This document shows, piece by piece, positions 12,707 through 27,198 of a DNA stretch of 64,000 bases; the first letter of the stretch is position 1; every line of letters starts with the position of its first letter. The DNA is from Pristiophorus japonicus (lineage: Eukaryota). The translations under genes and the position numbers were made by a program. A model generated the notes under the pieces. That model did no database searches. It saw only the letters and a list, made by a program, of their open reading frames with translations, and was not told where the DNA came from. The stretch lies in the NCBI RefSeq assembly GCF_044704955.1, contig NC_091986.1, forward strand, positions 23,374,001 through 23,438,000. The letters are read 5' to 3'.

Positions 12707-14365
12707 GTTACTTTTAGAGGCAGCTCCGGTGTTACTGCCACAATGCTTGTCCCTGCAGTTCTCGAGAACAGGCAGCTAGCGTTCAAAATCCGAAATGATC
12801 CAAACTGGACAAACTTCCAAAGACAATCTAAGCACATCTGAATCCAAATTGGACCAGTGCCTGGGGCTCGTCTGCGAACTGCAGTGAGCTGTTACCCACT
12901 GGGCCCGTAAAATGATCCGAAACCACAAATAAACATGTCAGAACGGGATAAAAAATTATTCAAAACAGAAAATGACACAATTTACATCTCCAGGTATGGG
13001 TAGCTTGATTTCAAACATGCTTTATATAGCTAATTTTGTCAGCTCAGATGGAGAATGTTTTGTTTATTTTGCACCCCCCCCCCCAAGTTGATTTAAAGCA
13101 AAATGCGTTATAAAATAAAATAAATAAATTCTCTCTATTACTATTATTGCTGCTACTATTTAATATATCACTAATATTATTCTGTTCTAACTCCATTGCT
13201 TATGCATTGCTGGGCTACCTATGCATTTCATCTTACACAGTGCAGTTAAGCCTGGTGTGTTTCAGCAAACTTGCCAGTTCAATATACACATAAAAATTTA
13301 TTGCTTTCATAAAGTCCACATTGAAGTGCCAGAGCACATAGCTGTTGTACTCCTTTGTCACCACTACGGCTATGAAACTCTGACTTGATTTCATACAGGA
13401 TTATACAAGAAAACCTGCTTATGCCACAGACCTGCCGGTAAATGGATACAATATAAAATAATAAGGAAATAATAAAACCTGTATCAATGGCAAATGTTGC
13501 CTCAACTGAGCCGTTATTTTTTGTTGTTGTTGGATAACACAGTAAAGCACTGAAAGACCTCTCTCTATATACTTGTACTAGAAACGCCCCATTCTGTTTT
13601 AAATCCTACTGAATAATTAATTATAATTATCCTGCTGCAGTTATTATCTGTGATAACAATATATCCTTAAGGTGAATGCAATATTCTACCACTATGTGCA
13701 GGGCAATGCCTAATATGCTAAAGAAATATTGATACAAGATAATTGTCTGGATTAACTTCTGATAAATTATCTTTAATTCAGGATGTTTTTTATGCCCTTA
13801 TTTTGGTGCTGTGCTACAGAAATTAGACACTTTATTTGATGCCACTGAAATATTTGTATGAACAATAAAGTGTGTGGGAAATTCAGATACAATTTATTAG
13901 TTAATAATTGAGTTGCACCATTAAAATTGCACTCTTAAAGTTCAAACAGCAACAAATTATTATTGCGATTAACTTTAACACCTTCATGCTTCATTTAAAA
14001 AACATCATTTTAATTGTGGTGCAATCGGAGGAACTATTTTGGAAGAGTTTGTAGCGTTGAGAGTGTGGAGGAGCTGATTTACCACAAAATTATAATTACA
14101 TTATCGCTGAACTATCACTATTTGAACTCTAAATTACCCAATCAGTTTCTCCCATTCTGGCATTACCATTTAAAAAAAAATGACAAATTGCTTTGTGCTT
14201 GTCAAAGAGCGGAATATCAGTGCTACAAAACAAAATATTTTCCCCTGTTTGTCATTCAATGCCATCAACAAATACAGCTTGGACAGATATGGCACAGGTT
14301 GGATGCAAAGTGCGACTCTATTCTGTGTCAACTCAAACTTCCAAAAGAACTCCATCTACTGCAGC

Positions 14366-14744
14366 NNNNNNNNNNNNNNNNNNNNNNNNNNNNNNNNNNN
14401 NNNNNNNNNNNNNNNNNNNNNNNNNNNNNNNNNNNNNNNNNNNNNNNNNNNNNNNNNNNNNNNNNNNNNNNNNNNNNNNNNNNNNNNNNNNNNNNNNNNN
14501 NNNNNNNNNNNNNNNNNNNNNNNNNNNNNNNNNNNNNNNNNNNNNNNNNNNNNNNNNNNNNNNNNNNNNNNNNNNNNNNNNNNNNNNNNNNNNNNNNNNN
14601 NNNNNNNNNNNNNNNNNNNNNNNNNNNNNNNNNNNNNNNNNNNNNNNNNNNNNNNNNNNNNNNNNNNNNNNNNNNNNNNNNNNNNNNNNNNNNNNNNNNN
14701 NNNNNNNNNNNNNNNNNNNNNNNNNNNNNNNNNNNNNNNNNNNN
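14366..14744. other. N gap (379 nt)
   Basis: Run of N. Confidence 1.
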
Positions 14745-14827
14745 TTTCTGTTTTGTTCTTAAAATAAGTTTGTTTTGCAATTTTTTGTCTTAAATGATCT
14801 GAGTGTGAAGCTAATGTAAAGTTCCCA

Positions 14828-16040
14828 TAAGAACATATAAAATAGGAGCAGGAGTAGGCCATTTGGCCTCTCGAGCCTGCTCCACCATTTAATAAGATCA
14901 TGGCTGATCTGATCATGGACTCAGCTCCACTTCCCTGCCCGCTCCCCATAACCCTTTACTCCCTTATCGCTCAAAAATCTGTCTATCTCCGCCTTAAATA
15001 TATTCAATGACCCAGCCTCCACAGCTCTCTGGCGCAGAGAATTCCACAGATTTACAACCCTCTGAGAGAAGAAATTCATCTTCATCTCAGTTTTAAATGC
15101 GCAGCCCCTTATTCTAAGACTATGTCCCCTAATTTTAGTTTCTTCTATGAATGGAAATATCCTCTCTGCATCCACCTTGTTGAGCCCCCTCATTATTTTA
15201 TACATTTCAATAAGATCACCTCTCATTCTTCTGAACTCCAATGTGTATAGGCCCAACCTACTCAACCTATCCTCATAAGTCAACCCCCTCATCTCTGGAA
15301 TCAACCGAATGAATCTTCTCTGAACAGCCTCCAATGCAAGTATATCCTTCCTTAAATACGGAGACCAAAACTCACCAATACCCGACACAGTTGTAGCAAG
15401 ACTTCTCTGCTACAATAAAGGCCATCATTCCATTTGCATTCCTGATTACTTGCTGTACCTGCATACTAACGTTTTGTGTTTCATGCACAAGGACCCCCAG
15501 GTCTCTCTGTACTGCAGCACTTTGAAATTTTTCTCCATTTAAATTATAATTTGCTTCTCTATTATTTCTGCCAAAGTGGATAATCTCACATTTTCCCACA
15601 TCATACTCCATCTGCCAAATGTTTGCCCACTCACTTAGCCTGTCTATATCCCTTTGCAGATTTTTTGTGTCCTCCTCACAATCTGCTTTCCCACCCATCT
15701 CTGTATCGTCAGCAAACTGGGCTACATTATACTTGGTCCCTTCATCCAATTCATTAATATAGATTGTAAATAGTTGAGGATCCAGCACCGATCCCTGAGG
15801 CACCCCACTAGTCACTATTTGCCAACGGAAAAAGACCCATTTATCCTGACTCTCTATTTTCTGTTAGTTAGCCAATCCTCTACCCACGCGCTTTTATCTT
15901 GTGCAGTAACCTCTTATGTGGCATCTTATCAAATGTCTTCTGGAAATCCAAACACACCACATCCACTGGTTCCCCCTTGTCCACCCTGCTCATTACATCC
16001 TCAAAGAACTCCAGAAAATTTGTCAAACATGATTTCCTTT
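14828..16040 (-). mobile_element. CR1 LINE, 5'-truncated, with RT domain
   Basis: [20 protein letters not shown]...FADDT and C-terminal ORF2 motifs; internal deletions; tail at 14828. Confidence 0.95.
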
Positions 16041-16153
16041 CTTACTGGTATTTGGATTTAAATTTGGATTAAAAGCTGAGGTAGTCACTGGGCCACTGAA
16101 ACCACATAGCCAAAGAGCCCAAAGTATATAAAGACAGAACTCAACTCAGCTTC

Positions 16154-16560
16154 TCTCGATTTCAAAATTATCATCCTTGTTTTCAAATCCCACCATGGCC
16201 TTACCCCTCCCTATCTTTGTAATGTCCTCCAGCCCCATAACCCCCCGAGATATCTGCGCTCCTCTAATTCTGCCCTCTTGATCATCCCTGATTATAATCG
16301 CTCAACCATTGGTGGCCGTGCCTTCTGTTGCCTAGGCCCTAAGCTCTGGAATTCACTGCCTAAACCTCTCCACCTCTCTACCTCTCTTTCCTCCTTCGAG
16401 ACGCTCCTTAAAACCTACCTCTTTGACCAAGCTTTTGGTCACCTGCCCTAATTTCTCCTTACATGGCTCGGCGTCAAATTTCTTGTCTCATAATATTCCT
16501 GTGAAGCGCCTTGGGATGTTTCACTATGATAAAGGCGCTATATAAATACACATTGTTGTT
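16154..16560 (+). mobile_element. L2 LINE 3' fragment
   Basis: DFKIIILVFK...LWNSLP, tail GGCGCTATATAAATACACATTGTTG. Confidence 0.88.
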
Positions 16561-18379
16561 CTTCCCTTTTGAGTCAGATTCCCCACCACCCTATCCCCAA
16601 TATACATTGTCTAACATATAACAGTTATAAAAATGACAATCTATATATTATTAACAAAATAGATGTAGTTTACTATAAAACTTGTCTTTCTTAAGAGTAT
16701 TTCCTGAAAAAAAAAGCAAATGTACCCTGATTAATTTAACCTTATTGAAAAAAATACCATAGTTCTCAAATGGTTAATGAGTTTCATGTAATGTGGTTAG
16801 ATATTGTTTAATGTATTAGTGGCCTGTTATTTGTGTATAGAAATACTTTTCAATTACACTATAATAGCAATGATAACTCGTACCTCTATTTGAAGGATTT
16901 AGTGGCCATTTTCAATTGGTTTTCAGCAAAGGTCCCTGTTAAAAGCAATTGGACAAGATGGAAGTTTGAAATCATTTAGCAATGCTCTTGTAGATCACTA
17001 GAGTGTACTGGTGCAAATGATATTGATAAGAAGCGACACTTGTGCCTGTTGTCACCAACTTATGGTAATTAGTCTTATGTCTTAAGTGGTACCAGGACCT
17101 CTACATTCCAACATATCCCATTAACATATTGCAGCTGTCATCAGCAGGGAAACATAATGGAGTTAGTGGATCTGTGAAACACTGCATTCCTTGGTGCAGT
17201 CAACTAAACTGCCCATAATGGGGTCATCAGAGATGGTAGGAGTGAATCTGGATTGTAGCCAATAAGTATTTTTTTTTCTTGAGGTATACTTGGCATGCAT
17301 TATGCATTGACTTCAAGGTCAATCTGCCAGCAGAATCAAAAATATCATAATGTATGTTACTCTCCCCCGCCCTTTTTATAACAGGGACATGCCTGTCATA
17401 TACATGCACCTATCTATAGCATGTATTTTAATGAAATGCCTCCCAGAGAGTTGAAGAGTAGGACTGAGAAAGGGACATGGTCAGTTTGCATAGGTTAACG
17501 TAGCTGCTAGTTTCAGTTAGCACTGTCAGAAACCTTGTAAGAAGACTGATTGTTCTGTCAGTCCGGAGATGAAAACATGCACCTGATGCATAGTTTGGAA
17601 CTGAGCTGAGTCCTGTGTTATATACTTTGGGCTTTTTGGCTGTGTGGTTTCAGTGGCCCAGTGCCTATCTCGGCTTTCAATCCAAATTCCAGTAAGCCTG
17701 GGAACATTATATTAGCTTCAAGTTCAGATCATTTAAGACAAAAAATTGCAAAACAAACTTATTTTAAGGATAAAACAGAAACTTGCTTCTGCATCGAGTT
17801 TTGGGTGTGTGTGTAAGTAATATTTTATCAAAGTACATGTGAAAGGTAGTGGGTGTGTATTTTAACCTCACTTCAGTAATCTATTGAAATTATCCACAAC
17901 TTCATTGCAACCAGGAAGAATTCCACTGGTCATGATGTGGCACATCATGATAACTGCATACAATAAGATGTTTGTGATTTCACTACACATAGTGGCCCCA
18001 GCCATTCTTCCCACTAGAATGCAATGTCGTGAATGTAATGTTTTTCAAAAGGGTTTATTTTATATGCATTGTTTCAAGGATTCGCATCATTCTATGCTCC
18101 GAAAGGAACAGTTATCTCCAGTATGAGATGAAAAGGTCAACATTTAATTCACGGTCTAGGAATACATTCATTCCCCATAGTGAAGTAAAAACAAATTACT
18201 TATCTCCCAACTACGAGTCATGTTTTGTAAGAACTTTGTAAACGGATTGCAGCAAACTCATGAAATCATCAGAATTTTGCTGACATTTTTCCACGCCTGC
18301 AAAAAGACTTTGTAATCTGCTGCCACCTGTTTAAGAATGTTTGTAATACATTCTTTATTATTAATAAATTATAGTTATG

Positions 18380-18954
18380 ATGGTTAGGCCTCAGCTAGAG
18401 TATTGTATGCAATTCTGGGCACCATACTGTACATGTCGAGACCCTGGAGAGAGTACAAAGGAGATTTACTAGGATGATACCAAGGATTAGGGAGTTCCGT
18501 TATGTGGAAAGATTGGAGAAGCTGGGATTGTTCTCCTTAGAGCAGCAAATAGCAAAGGTTAAGAGACCTAATAGAGGTATTAAAAAATATGAGGGGTTTT
18601 GATAGAGCAAGTCGGGAGAAATGATTTCCTCTGGCAAGTGGGTCAGTAAAGAGAAGCCATAGATTTCAAAAAATTGCCAAAAGAACTAAAGGGAAATGAG
18701 GAAAAATTTCCTCATGCACAGGGTTGTTAAGATTTAGAACGCACTACCTGAAAGAATGGTGGAATCAGATTTCATAGGAACTTTTAAATGGCAATTGGAT
18801 ATGTGCTTGAAGAAGACTAATTTGCAGGATTATGGGGATAAAGCTGGGGTGTGGGATTAAATTGGACAGCCCTTTCAAAGAGCTGGCACAGGAATAACGA
18901 GCCGAATGGCCTCCTTTTATGCTGTGAGATTCTATGTTTCTATTCTATGATTCT
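18380..18954 (+). mobile_element. CR1 LINE 3' fragment (older subfamily)
   Basis: VRPQLEYCMQFWAP motif; ATTCTATG-repeat tail. Confidence 0.85.
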
Positions 18955-19065
18955 CGTTGAGCCACACCTGAGTAGTAGGAACCACAAATCCAGTTGGAGA
19001 CTCGGTTCACACAAGAAGCCAACCTGATTAATTGTATACAGTTCAATCAGCCTTGTTGTTGAGTT

Positions 19066-19670
19066 GGGGATGGAGTCCAAAAGTAGGGAAGTCCTGCTAC
19101 AACTGTACAGGGTATTGGTAAGACCACACCTGGAGTACTGCGTACAGTTTTGGTCTCCTTATTTAAGGAGGGATATACTTGCATTGGAGGCAGTTCAGAG
19201 AAGGTTCACTAGGTTGATTCCTGAGATGAAGGGGTTGTCTTTTGAAGAAAGGTTGAGTAGGTTGGGCCTATACTCATTGGAGTTTAGAAGAATGAGAGGT
19301 GATCTTATTGAAACATATACAATTCTGAGGGGGCTTGACAGGATGCAGAGGGGATGTTTCCCTTTGTGGGGAAATCGAGAACTAGGAGGCATAGTTTCAG
19401 AATAAGGGGTCGCCCTTTTAAAACGGAGGTGAGGAGGAATTTCTTCTGTGAATCTTTGGAATTCTCTATTCCAGGGAGCTGTGGAGGCTAGGTCATTGAA
19501 TATATTTAAGATGGAGATAGAGAGATATTTGAACGACAAGGGAGTCAAAGGATATGGGGAGCGGGCAAGGAAGTGGAGTTGAGGCCAAGATCAAATCAGC
19601 CATGATCTTATTGAATGGTGGAGCAGGCTCGAGGGGCCGTATGGCCTACTCCTTCTCCTATTTCTTATGA
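19066..19670 (+). mobile_element. CR1 LINE 3' fragment
   Basis: REVLLQLYRVLVRPHLEYCVQFWSPYLRRDILALEAVQRRFTRLIP. Confidence 0.95.
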
Positions 19671-21601
19671 GTTCCAAGTCCTAGCTGCACTGCTATGGGA
19701 GGTGGCAGAAAGAATCTCCCCATAGGGAAGAGGCAAGAACACATCCCTGGGCTGCTTTTGCATGCCCCCTTGGTTGCCGGCTTGGAGCAGCTTTGGTGGT
19801 GACCCAGCAGAGGTCAGCTGCCTGGCTTTTTGGCTGCGCAACATGTAGTGTGATAGGGAGAGTAGGAAACAAACAAAAAGAAAAATATATATGTGGGGCC
19901 AATCATAATTTTCATCCTTTTTCACAAAAACCTATTGTGAGAAGCCATAATAATTGATTTCAAATACTCATGGAACAAAGTGTAAATGGAGCAGTAGTGC
20001 CCCTTTTGCAAATTCTATACTGTTGTCAAGATGAGGAAAATTATGAATGGTCCCTCAGTAATTATTTCTGATGAGTATAATAAATTTGTAACATATCCTT
20101 CACTCCTTTAACAGAAGCAGCAGACAGAGTAACTTATACCAACAATTTCTTCATAATATTCATTGATACATTTATAGATTTAGATATATCTCTTAAATTA
20201 CACAGCATTTTATCCTATGAGTATAAAACATAAGAAAAATGTTGGAAATGAATGGCCCCTGTCCTCGCTTGAAAATATTGATCACTTCATTGGAACACAT
20301 GGCAGTGTAACTCTGAGTACAATGGTATCACTTCTACTCTTGAGATTTATAAAATAACACTATTGTACTTTTGTCATTCCAAAATTATGGATTAAAGAGG
20401 GAATCTTAGCACTGGTGACCCATTTTAAATATTAAATAGCTGAGAAATGAATTATAATTCATATTTCTATTTTGAAAACTTTTTTCTCTCTATTTCCGTA
20501 GATATTTTGAGGCGGGGTAGGGTGAGGGAACATTTTTGTTTCAACTGCACTGGTAATATCATCAAGGAACTGTCTATGAAAATTTACTTAGCCTGACCGT
20601 ATGAGAGCACCGAATTCTCATCAGCAGGTACTGTTATTAACCTAGGCTGCTTCAATTGGAGGTGCGAATTCTTCTCCATTGGACAGCTAGACTCAGTAGA
20701 AATTGATATTCCCTACAATGCCATTAGTACCCAAAAGAATCTTTTAAAAATTCAACAGATGTACTTAGGACAGCATGCTGAAGCTAATCATGGTTTTTAT
20801 CAATTATAATTCTTAAAAAACAGGACTGTTGGTAGAACTCCCAATTTTAGAAATATTCTACTTCTTTCTCTAAATGCATGTTATATATTTATCTTTGGAA
20901 AAGTACAAATAGTAAGTACTGAAGATCTCATCACAAATAAATTGGAGGCAAATACATATGTTTAAAAAGTTTTCAGTCTTGGAAAGTCAACAAATCATAA
21001 TTTTGAGTAAAATGATACGCTTGTCGCATTCTGCGTCTTCACTTTAAGACACCCTAAACAATCGTCTCAAAGCAAATAGGCGAGTATTTTCATTTTGAAT
21101 GCCTAGGTTTGCAGAGATTTATTTTTCTTTGACTAATCTCACTGATGGCCAAGTGAAGGCTTGAAATTACACCGTGACATACCAGTGTTCAATCGCTTAA
21201 ACATTCATCTGAAATTCCTCACTGCTATTTTTGTGGAGGCGTTAACAAATTTATTTTAAACCGGTTAACACCTCCGGTAGATTCGTGGAGAGGGGGATTT
21301 CAGGAAAACGTGTTAAGCGTGTGCAGGATAGTATTTCATTTCAAATCCAAAGTAGAAATAAAGGTTACATGAGGTGCTTAAGAATGTTATTGAGACCCTC
21401 CTGATGGCTCTATAAGTTTATCCAGCGTGGATCTATGAGAAACGGGCAAGGAAGGTACCTTTGTCCCCTGAGGCCGGGAGGGAGGAAATCAGCCAAGTTT
21501 CCCATTCCGAATCACCAATAAGAAACGCAGTGCAAGGATGGGAAGAAATTGGTACAGTGTTGAGGCAGAGCCATGCTTTCTGTGTCTTTATTTGCATGTG
21601 G

Positions 21602-21602
<1 letters not shown>

Positions 21603-21635
<33 letters not shown>
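21603..21635. repeat. (TG)n microsatellite
   Basis: About 16 TG units. Confidence 0.97.
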
Positions 21636-21636
<1 letters not shown>

Positions 21637-21904
21637 GGAGAAGTAGAGGGAGTGGACATAGTAGTGTTTAACTGAGACTGCCGTGCAATGAATTGTAAAT
21701 GCAGCCTGGTGCCCAACCTGGTGTCCATTCTGATAGGCTTGTGTGGGAAATCCTGCTGAAGAAACAATTGTACAAATGTTTAATTGCCTCATATAGCCCT
21801 GTAGGGAATTGTTTGATCAAATTGTCAGTGTTATGTTTTTCGAACTCTCTATACATTCTGTACTGAAATCTAAATATTGAACATCAGCTGAGCGATTCGT
21901 AGCA

Positions 21905-23310
21905 AACAAAGTAGGAAAAGGAGTAGGCCATTCAGCTCCTTGAGCCTGTTCCGCCATACTGTTAGATCATGGCTGATCAGTACCTCGACCCCATTTATCT
22001 ACCTTTGAACCACATCTCTTGATGTCCTTACCTAATAAAAATCTGTCGATCTCAATATTCAACACTTTCAATTGACCCAGTATCCACAGCATTTTGGGGA
22101 GAGAATTCTAAATTTCCACTACCTTTTGTGTGAAAAAGTGCTTCCTTATTTCACTCGTGAATGGCCTAACCTTAATTTTAAGATTTTTGGCCCTTGTCTG
22201 GATTCCGTTGCCAGATGAAGTAATTTCTCTGTATCTACCCTATTGAATCCCTTTATCTTTTAAATACTTCATTTAGATTACCTCTCAACCTTCTAAACTC
22301 AAGGAAATACAAGGCAAATTAAACAACATGTTCTCATAATTTAACCTTTTAAGCCCTGGTATCATTCTGGTCAATCTGTGCTGTGCTGTACCCTCTCAAA
22401 GGCCAATATATATTTCCTGAGTGGCGCTTCTTCTTAGGTGGTCCCTCGAATCGAGGATGACTTGCTTCCACACCAAAAAGGGATGAGTTCAATTAATTCA
22501 CAGGTGTTTCAATAAAGGACCTAATTAATATTCCAAGCCCCGAACTACATATTGAAAGGTGGAAGATGCCTATGCATGGATTTTTTTAATGTGTGGTGGT
22601 CATTGCACACCAGCCATCACATGGACTTGACAGAGCTAGGTCTTGGCCCAGTGGCAAGGATTAACCAAGACGACTGGAGGCAACTCTGCTGCACGGACCT
22701 AGTGTGCACACATATTGCAGTGTGGGCTGGCCCGTGCTGCCCCTGGGCCCTCGCCTCTTCTGGGCCCTGAACTCATGCCTCCCCCGGGCCCCGATCACGT
22801 CTCTCTGCAATCTCTCGCCGCTCCTTCGCCCCGACCTCGCCGTTCCTGCTGTACCTACCCACGCTCCAATCAGTGGCCTGGATTATGGTGACAGGTCGGG
22901 GCCTTAAAAGGAGGAGCAACGTGGCAGCTCAGCGTTCAGTGCAGCTGCCCAATACTGAATGCAGTACATCAGGTGGGGTCTGACCAAGTCTCAATACAGC
23001 CTAAGAATCACTTCCTCCCCTTTATATTCCAGCCCCCTTGAGATAAATGCCAACATTTCATTAACCGTATTGATTATCTTTTGTACCTATGCACGAGCTT
23101 TTAGTGATTTGTGTACATCAACACCCAAATCCCTTTGCTCCTCCACAATTCCTAATCTTTCGCCAGTGAGAAAATATTGAAATTTGCCTTTCTTGGATCC
23201 AAAGTGGATGACCTCACACTTGCCCATGTTGAACTCCATCTTCCACAGTTTTGCCCATTCACTTTATCTGTCTATGTCCCTTTGTAACTTACTGTTCCCA
23301 TCTACACAAG
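21905..23310 (-). mobile_element. CR1 LINE 3' fragment split by a SINE
   Basis: 3'UTR at 21905; ORF2 remnants on both sides of 22428-22935. Confidence 0.85.
22428..22935 (-). mobile_element. SINE-like retroposon with RTE-type tail
   Basis: TTCTTCTTAGGTGGTCCCTCGAATCGAGGATGACTTGCTTCC; aligns with 9218-9401 and 35395-36015. Confidence 0.8.
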
Positions 23311-25519
23311 TGGCAAAGTTGCAAGTGTGTTATGCTAACTGGAGAAATGGATTCAAAGTGAGAGTTCCTGGTTAATGTTTTTTTATATATATTACAGGGA
23401 AAACTGCAAAATTCCCCTTCATTTTATAAACAAAAATTATAGTTTGGCTACTGTTTCCTAGAGGTGGAATGGAATCTAATGTTATCTAATGACATAGTCT
23501 AAACACCTCATTCAATCACATTGTCACATTGATAACATTCAAACAAACCTGTGAACTGGAGGAAAATAAATGATGTCATAATTTCCTATCATTTTTGAAG
23601 CTTATATAATTCTATGAGTTCTCCATCAGCCAAGAAATATACCTGCCACCTTCAGTCCCTCATATATTTTATCAACCTGATATGAAATTGAGATAATTCA
23701 CAGAAGGGTTATTGATACTTTGTATTAAAAAAAAATCTGAAAGATTATTGAGATGGAAAGGCAATTGATAACCTGATGGACATGAGGTCAAACTGGTTTA
23801 ATTAGATGAAATTGTAATTTGACAGATATTAAGAATGACCTGAAGTTGTTTGGCCCACATCAGTCTTGGCGTAGAGCTACACTATCATTATGCTGCACCT
23901 TTGCCAATGGTGCATTCGTTCCCTTACGGTCGATTGAAAATTCTCCCTCCAATTCTTGCTAATTGGTGGAAAAGTGACCCAACTTAGGCGCTGGGTGGCA
24001 GCACAACATACGGATGTTTGAGTGCGGAAGCATGGAACTCTGCCAGTCTACACTTCTCATGGACGTGAGTGGGCACTTTAATCATTGTTGCCGACTTGCT
24101 TCACTGTTATGGATACTGCACTGCTGGTTACAGTTATAAAGACACAATAAAGGGTGTGTATATTCTGCAGGGGGGGGAGGGGGTTTCCTGAATCTGAAGC
24201 ACTGAAACTCATGGTAGAAAGCTTCAAAGCTTAAATGGTTTTGATACCCAAAAATCAAGCATTTATGAGTACTGTGCCTAGTTAGAAGATTAAAGTTTTC
24301 TAAAGTCATGAAAGATGAGCATCTTACATCGCATCAGTACCACAATGAACATTGGTGGCAAGTGACAGGAATTGATTACTGTCCTCCATGCCTGTCAATT
24401 CTCCAGATTTTATTTCCAGCATTTCTCGTGCAGCATGAAAAGAGGCACAGTCAAATTCTACCATGGCCTGAGGGCACTGCTACCTGGCTCTCTATCTTCT
24501 CTTCAATTAGCAGGTCTCCCGACTTTATTCTGAGATGTGGTTCTGACTGGGGAACCAAGATACTAGCCGGTATTGATTGAATATAATGTGGTGTGAAAGC
24601 TGAATAAAGGGTTGTATGATCAAAAATACTCCATTTGTGACAGGCCAACAATCCTGACGTGCTCTGATTCCTTTCTCAGAGAGGTTCATCAGCTTCAATA
24701 AAATACATTCTTTGGATAGAACAGGCCAGTCGATCTGCTGTCAATGGGACAGATAGATCAGGATTTGACAACTACCTGTCAGATTTATCACACCTCACTC
24801 TACACACTTTTTAGAAGCGCTTCTGTGTGGGAACTGGACTAATGTTATGCAAGATTTAAAACGATACTTGACTACTTTTTCTGTTAGAATCAATAGCAGT
24901 CTAAACAGTTTGCCATTCCTTTTAAAGAGCAAACATCTCTTTTCATTTTCAGCAAACACAGATTTAAATTAAAAAAACAAATGATATGTCTCAGCCATTT
25001 TAAAGGATGAAATAGGCTTCCTCGAAATGTCACTTTCACCTCATAAAGATTAGAAATATGTTGGCTGAATTCTTCAGTCGGACAATTGAACTATTTAAAA
25101 TATTATTCATGTATTCAAGCACACAATACTTTGTGATAAGGTCTAAATAAAGAAGAAAATCTTGTATTAGATTAGTTTTAACAGCTTAGCTTGACTGCTT
25201 TGAACAATATGAAATGTCTCATTGCCACCTATGAGACCGGGTTACATGCTTGCACCAGATTAAACAGTGTTTACAGCTGGTTGACATGTTCAGGGGAAAA
25301 CTTAAAGAAAATAAACATTTTGCAGCTCTCTAATTACACTGAGACAGTTAGCAGTAAAAGTATGCACCAGATAGACTGTCTAAAGTCAAGTAGTGGAAAA
25401 TATGTACTTCTGTAGCTTACAAATGGAAGCATCCTGTTAAACAGGCTGACATGGAGTCGTTAGCTCTGATTAAAGTAATTGGTGTATTGGATTGCACCAT
25501 ATCTGGGCCTGTGCAAGAG

Positions 25520-25865
25520 AGAAAGAAAGACTTTCATTTATATAGTGTCTTTCATGACCTCTGGATGTCCAAAAGCACTTTACAGCTAGTGAAGTATTTT
25601 TGAAGTGCAGTCACTGTTGTAATGTAGGAAACATGACAGCTAATTTGTACGTAGCAATGAGATAACAAGCAGATAAACGGTTTTAGTGATGTTGGTTGAA
25701 GGATAATTATTGGCCAACTCATTGGAAGAACCCAACTGCTTTGAATAATGCCTTGGGATCTTTTATAGCCAACTGAGGGGACAGATTTGGGCCTTGGTTT
25801 ACCGTCTCATCTGAAAGACGGCACCTCCGACAATGCAGCACTTCTTCAGTACTGCACTGAAGTGC
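25520..25865 (-). mobile_element. SacSINE1/Deu-domain SINE
   Basis: L2-like tail plus Deu-like core GAAAGACGGCACCTCCGACAATGCAGCAC. Confidence 0.78.
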
Positions 25866-26030
25866 TTGATAAGCCTAATGGCCTTTTCCCATCCATTTGT
25901 ATTCTATCAAAGTGTACTTTCTTTCTTAGCAACATGTGTGTAAATAAATAAATAATTGATCATCAGGTTAACATTTTGTCAGTTGGAAAATCCTAACATT
26001 TATTTCAAGTCTGTGAAAATCAAAGAAATG

Positions 26031-26785
26031 GGGCTAGAAATTCCATTGCGGCCCGCATGGTGATAATTTTTGAAATCTCTGAAAGGTATCGCCAGGCGGT
26101 AATCATTTTTTGCTCCTGGGAAATTCAGCTTTAGCGCTTCAACAAGGAAGTGGAGCACGAAATCAAGCGCTAACCATTTCTCTTAAGGCGCCCGTGTGCG
26201 AGAGTGGGGCAGTAGCGGCAAAGTGCTGAAGAATGTTCAGTGCAGTGCTGCCGGCATCAGAGGCTGCTTCCTCGCTTAAAGGGAAGGGCCAACGATAGTG
26301 CGCAACATTCTTATAGTCAATGTTGTGTGACCAGGGAACCCGTGTGTCTGTTGTTACAGCCCCAATCACTCTCAGAGAGCGGAGGGCTTGGATGTCTCAC
26401 AGCAATGAGCCGTCAGAAACTTTCAGCAGGCACCACACTGGTGCAAAGAATACATTTTGGCCCATCTGAAAACCACTCCCTTTAATTATCGCTCCCCAAG
26501 TGGCCAGCTGAGGTGACAACGTCTCTTCTTCCTGCCGTTGTCGATGCCCGACGATACAGCAGGGGGCAGAAGCGAATTTCACATCCGGGGTGGTAACTGA
26601 GCACTGCACATTTGATGACGGGGCACTAGAGACCAAGGCAGTACGTTTTAATGGCAGCGCAAAACCAGGAGGAAAGTTTGGGGCCGTGGCTGATTTTGCT
26701 GCACCCGGTCAGTAACCCCTTAATGCTCCGTTACTGCACCACGTAAGTGTTAACGGGAGTTGCAAAGCAGCCGAATTTCCCCCCC
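26031..26785. mobile_element. Harbinger-type MITE related to family A, opposite orientation
   Basis: GGGCTAGAAATT...AATTTCCCCCCC; right end resembles the reverse complement of 1960-2040. Confidence 0.78.
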
Positions 26786-27198
26786 AGAATCTTTTACATA
26801 GCTTGGGAGGTCAACAATGATAGTTCAGTAAAATAATACCTCATCAACTCTTGAGTGCTTCAGATCTTTTTGTGAATTCGACAAATGTCAGGATTATAGT
26901 GCTTGGCAATGTACTTTTTTTTATTTAATTAAATTAAAGAATTCTGCAGGGCTATTAATTTTGCATGTATGCATATTTCGGTTCTGGAAACAGGAAGTGA
27001 GAAATGGGATTGGATGATTATTGCTACTTCCAGTGTGGGATTACACCATTATTTCTCACGCATGCATATACTGGAAGACTGACTGCATTTGTGCATATGT
27101 TGAAGCAGAGGGAATCTTGCAATGCAATTACAAAAATAGTTAAGCACTGCTCCTCTATTCACACATTCAATAGAAATATAAATGCATATACACACATT

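Larger units (their letters stand above)
14745..17781. repeat. Long inverted repeat: left arm 14745-14827 plus 16041-16153, right arm 17598-17781
   Basis: Reverse-complement match, e.g. AAAATAAGTTTGTTTTGCAATTTTTTGTCTTAAATGATCTGA vs TCAGATCATTTAAGACAAAAAATTGCAAAACAAACTTATTTT. Confidence 0.9.

Noticed and set aside
14014-14949. Long ORFs spanning X runs
   Set aside because: Artefacts of the N gap.
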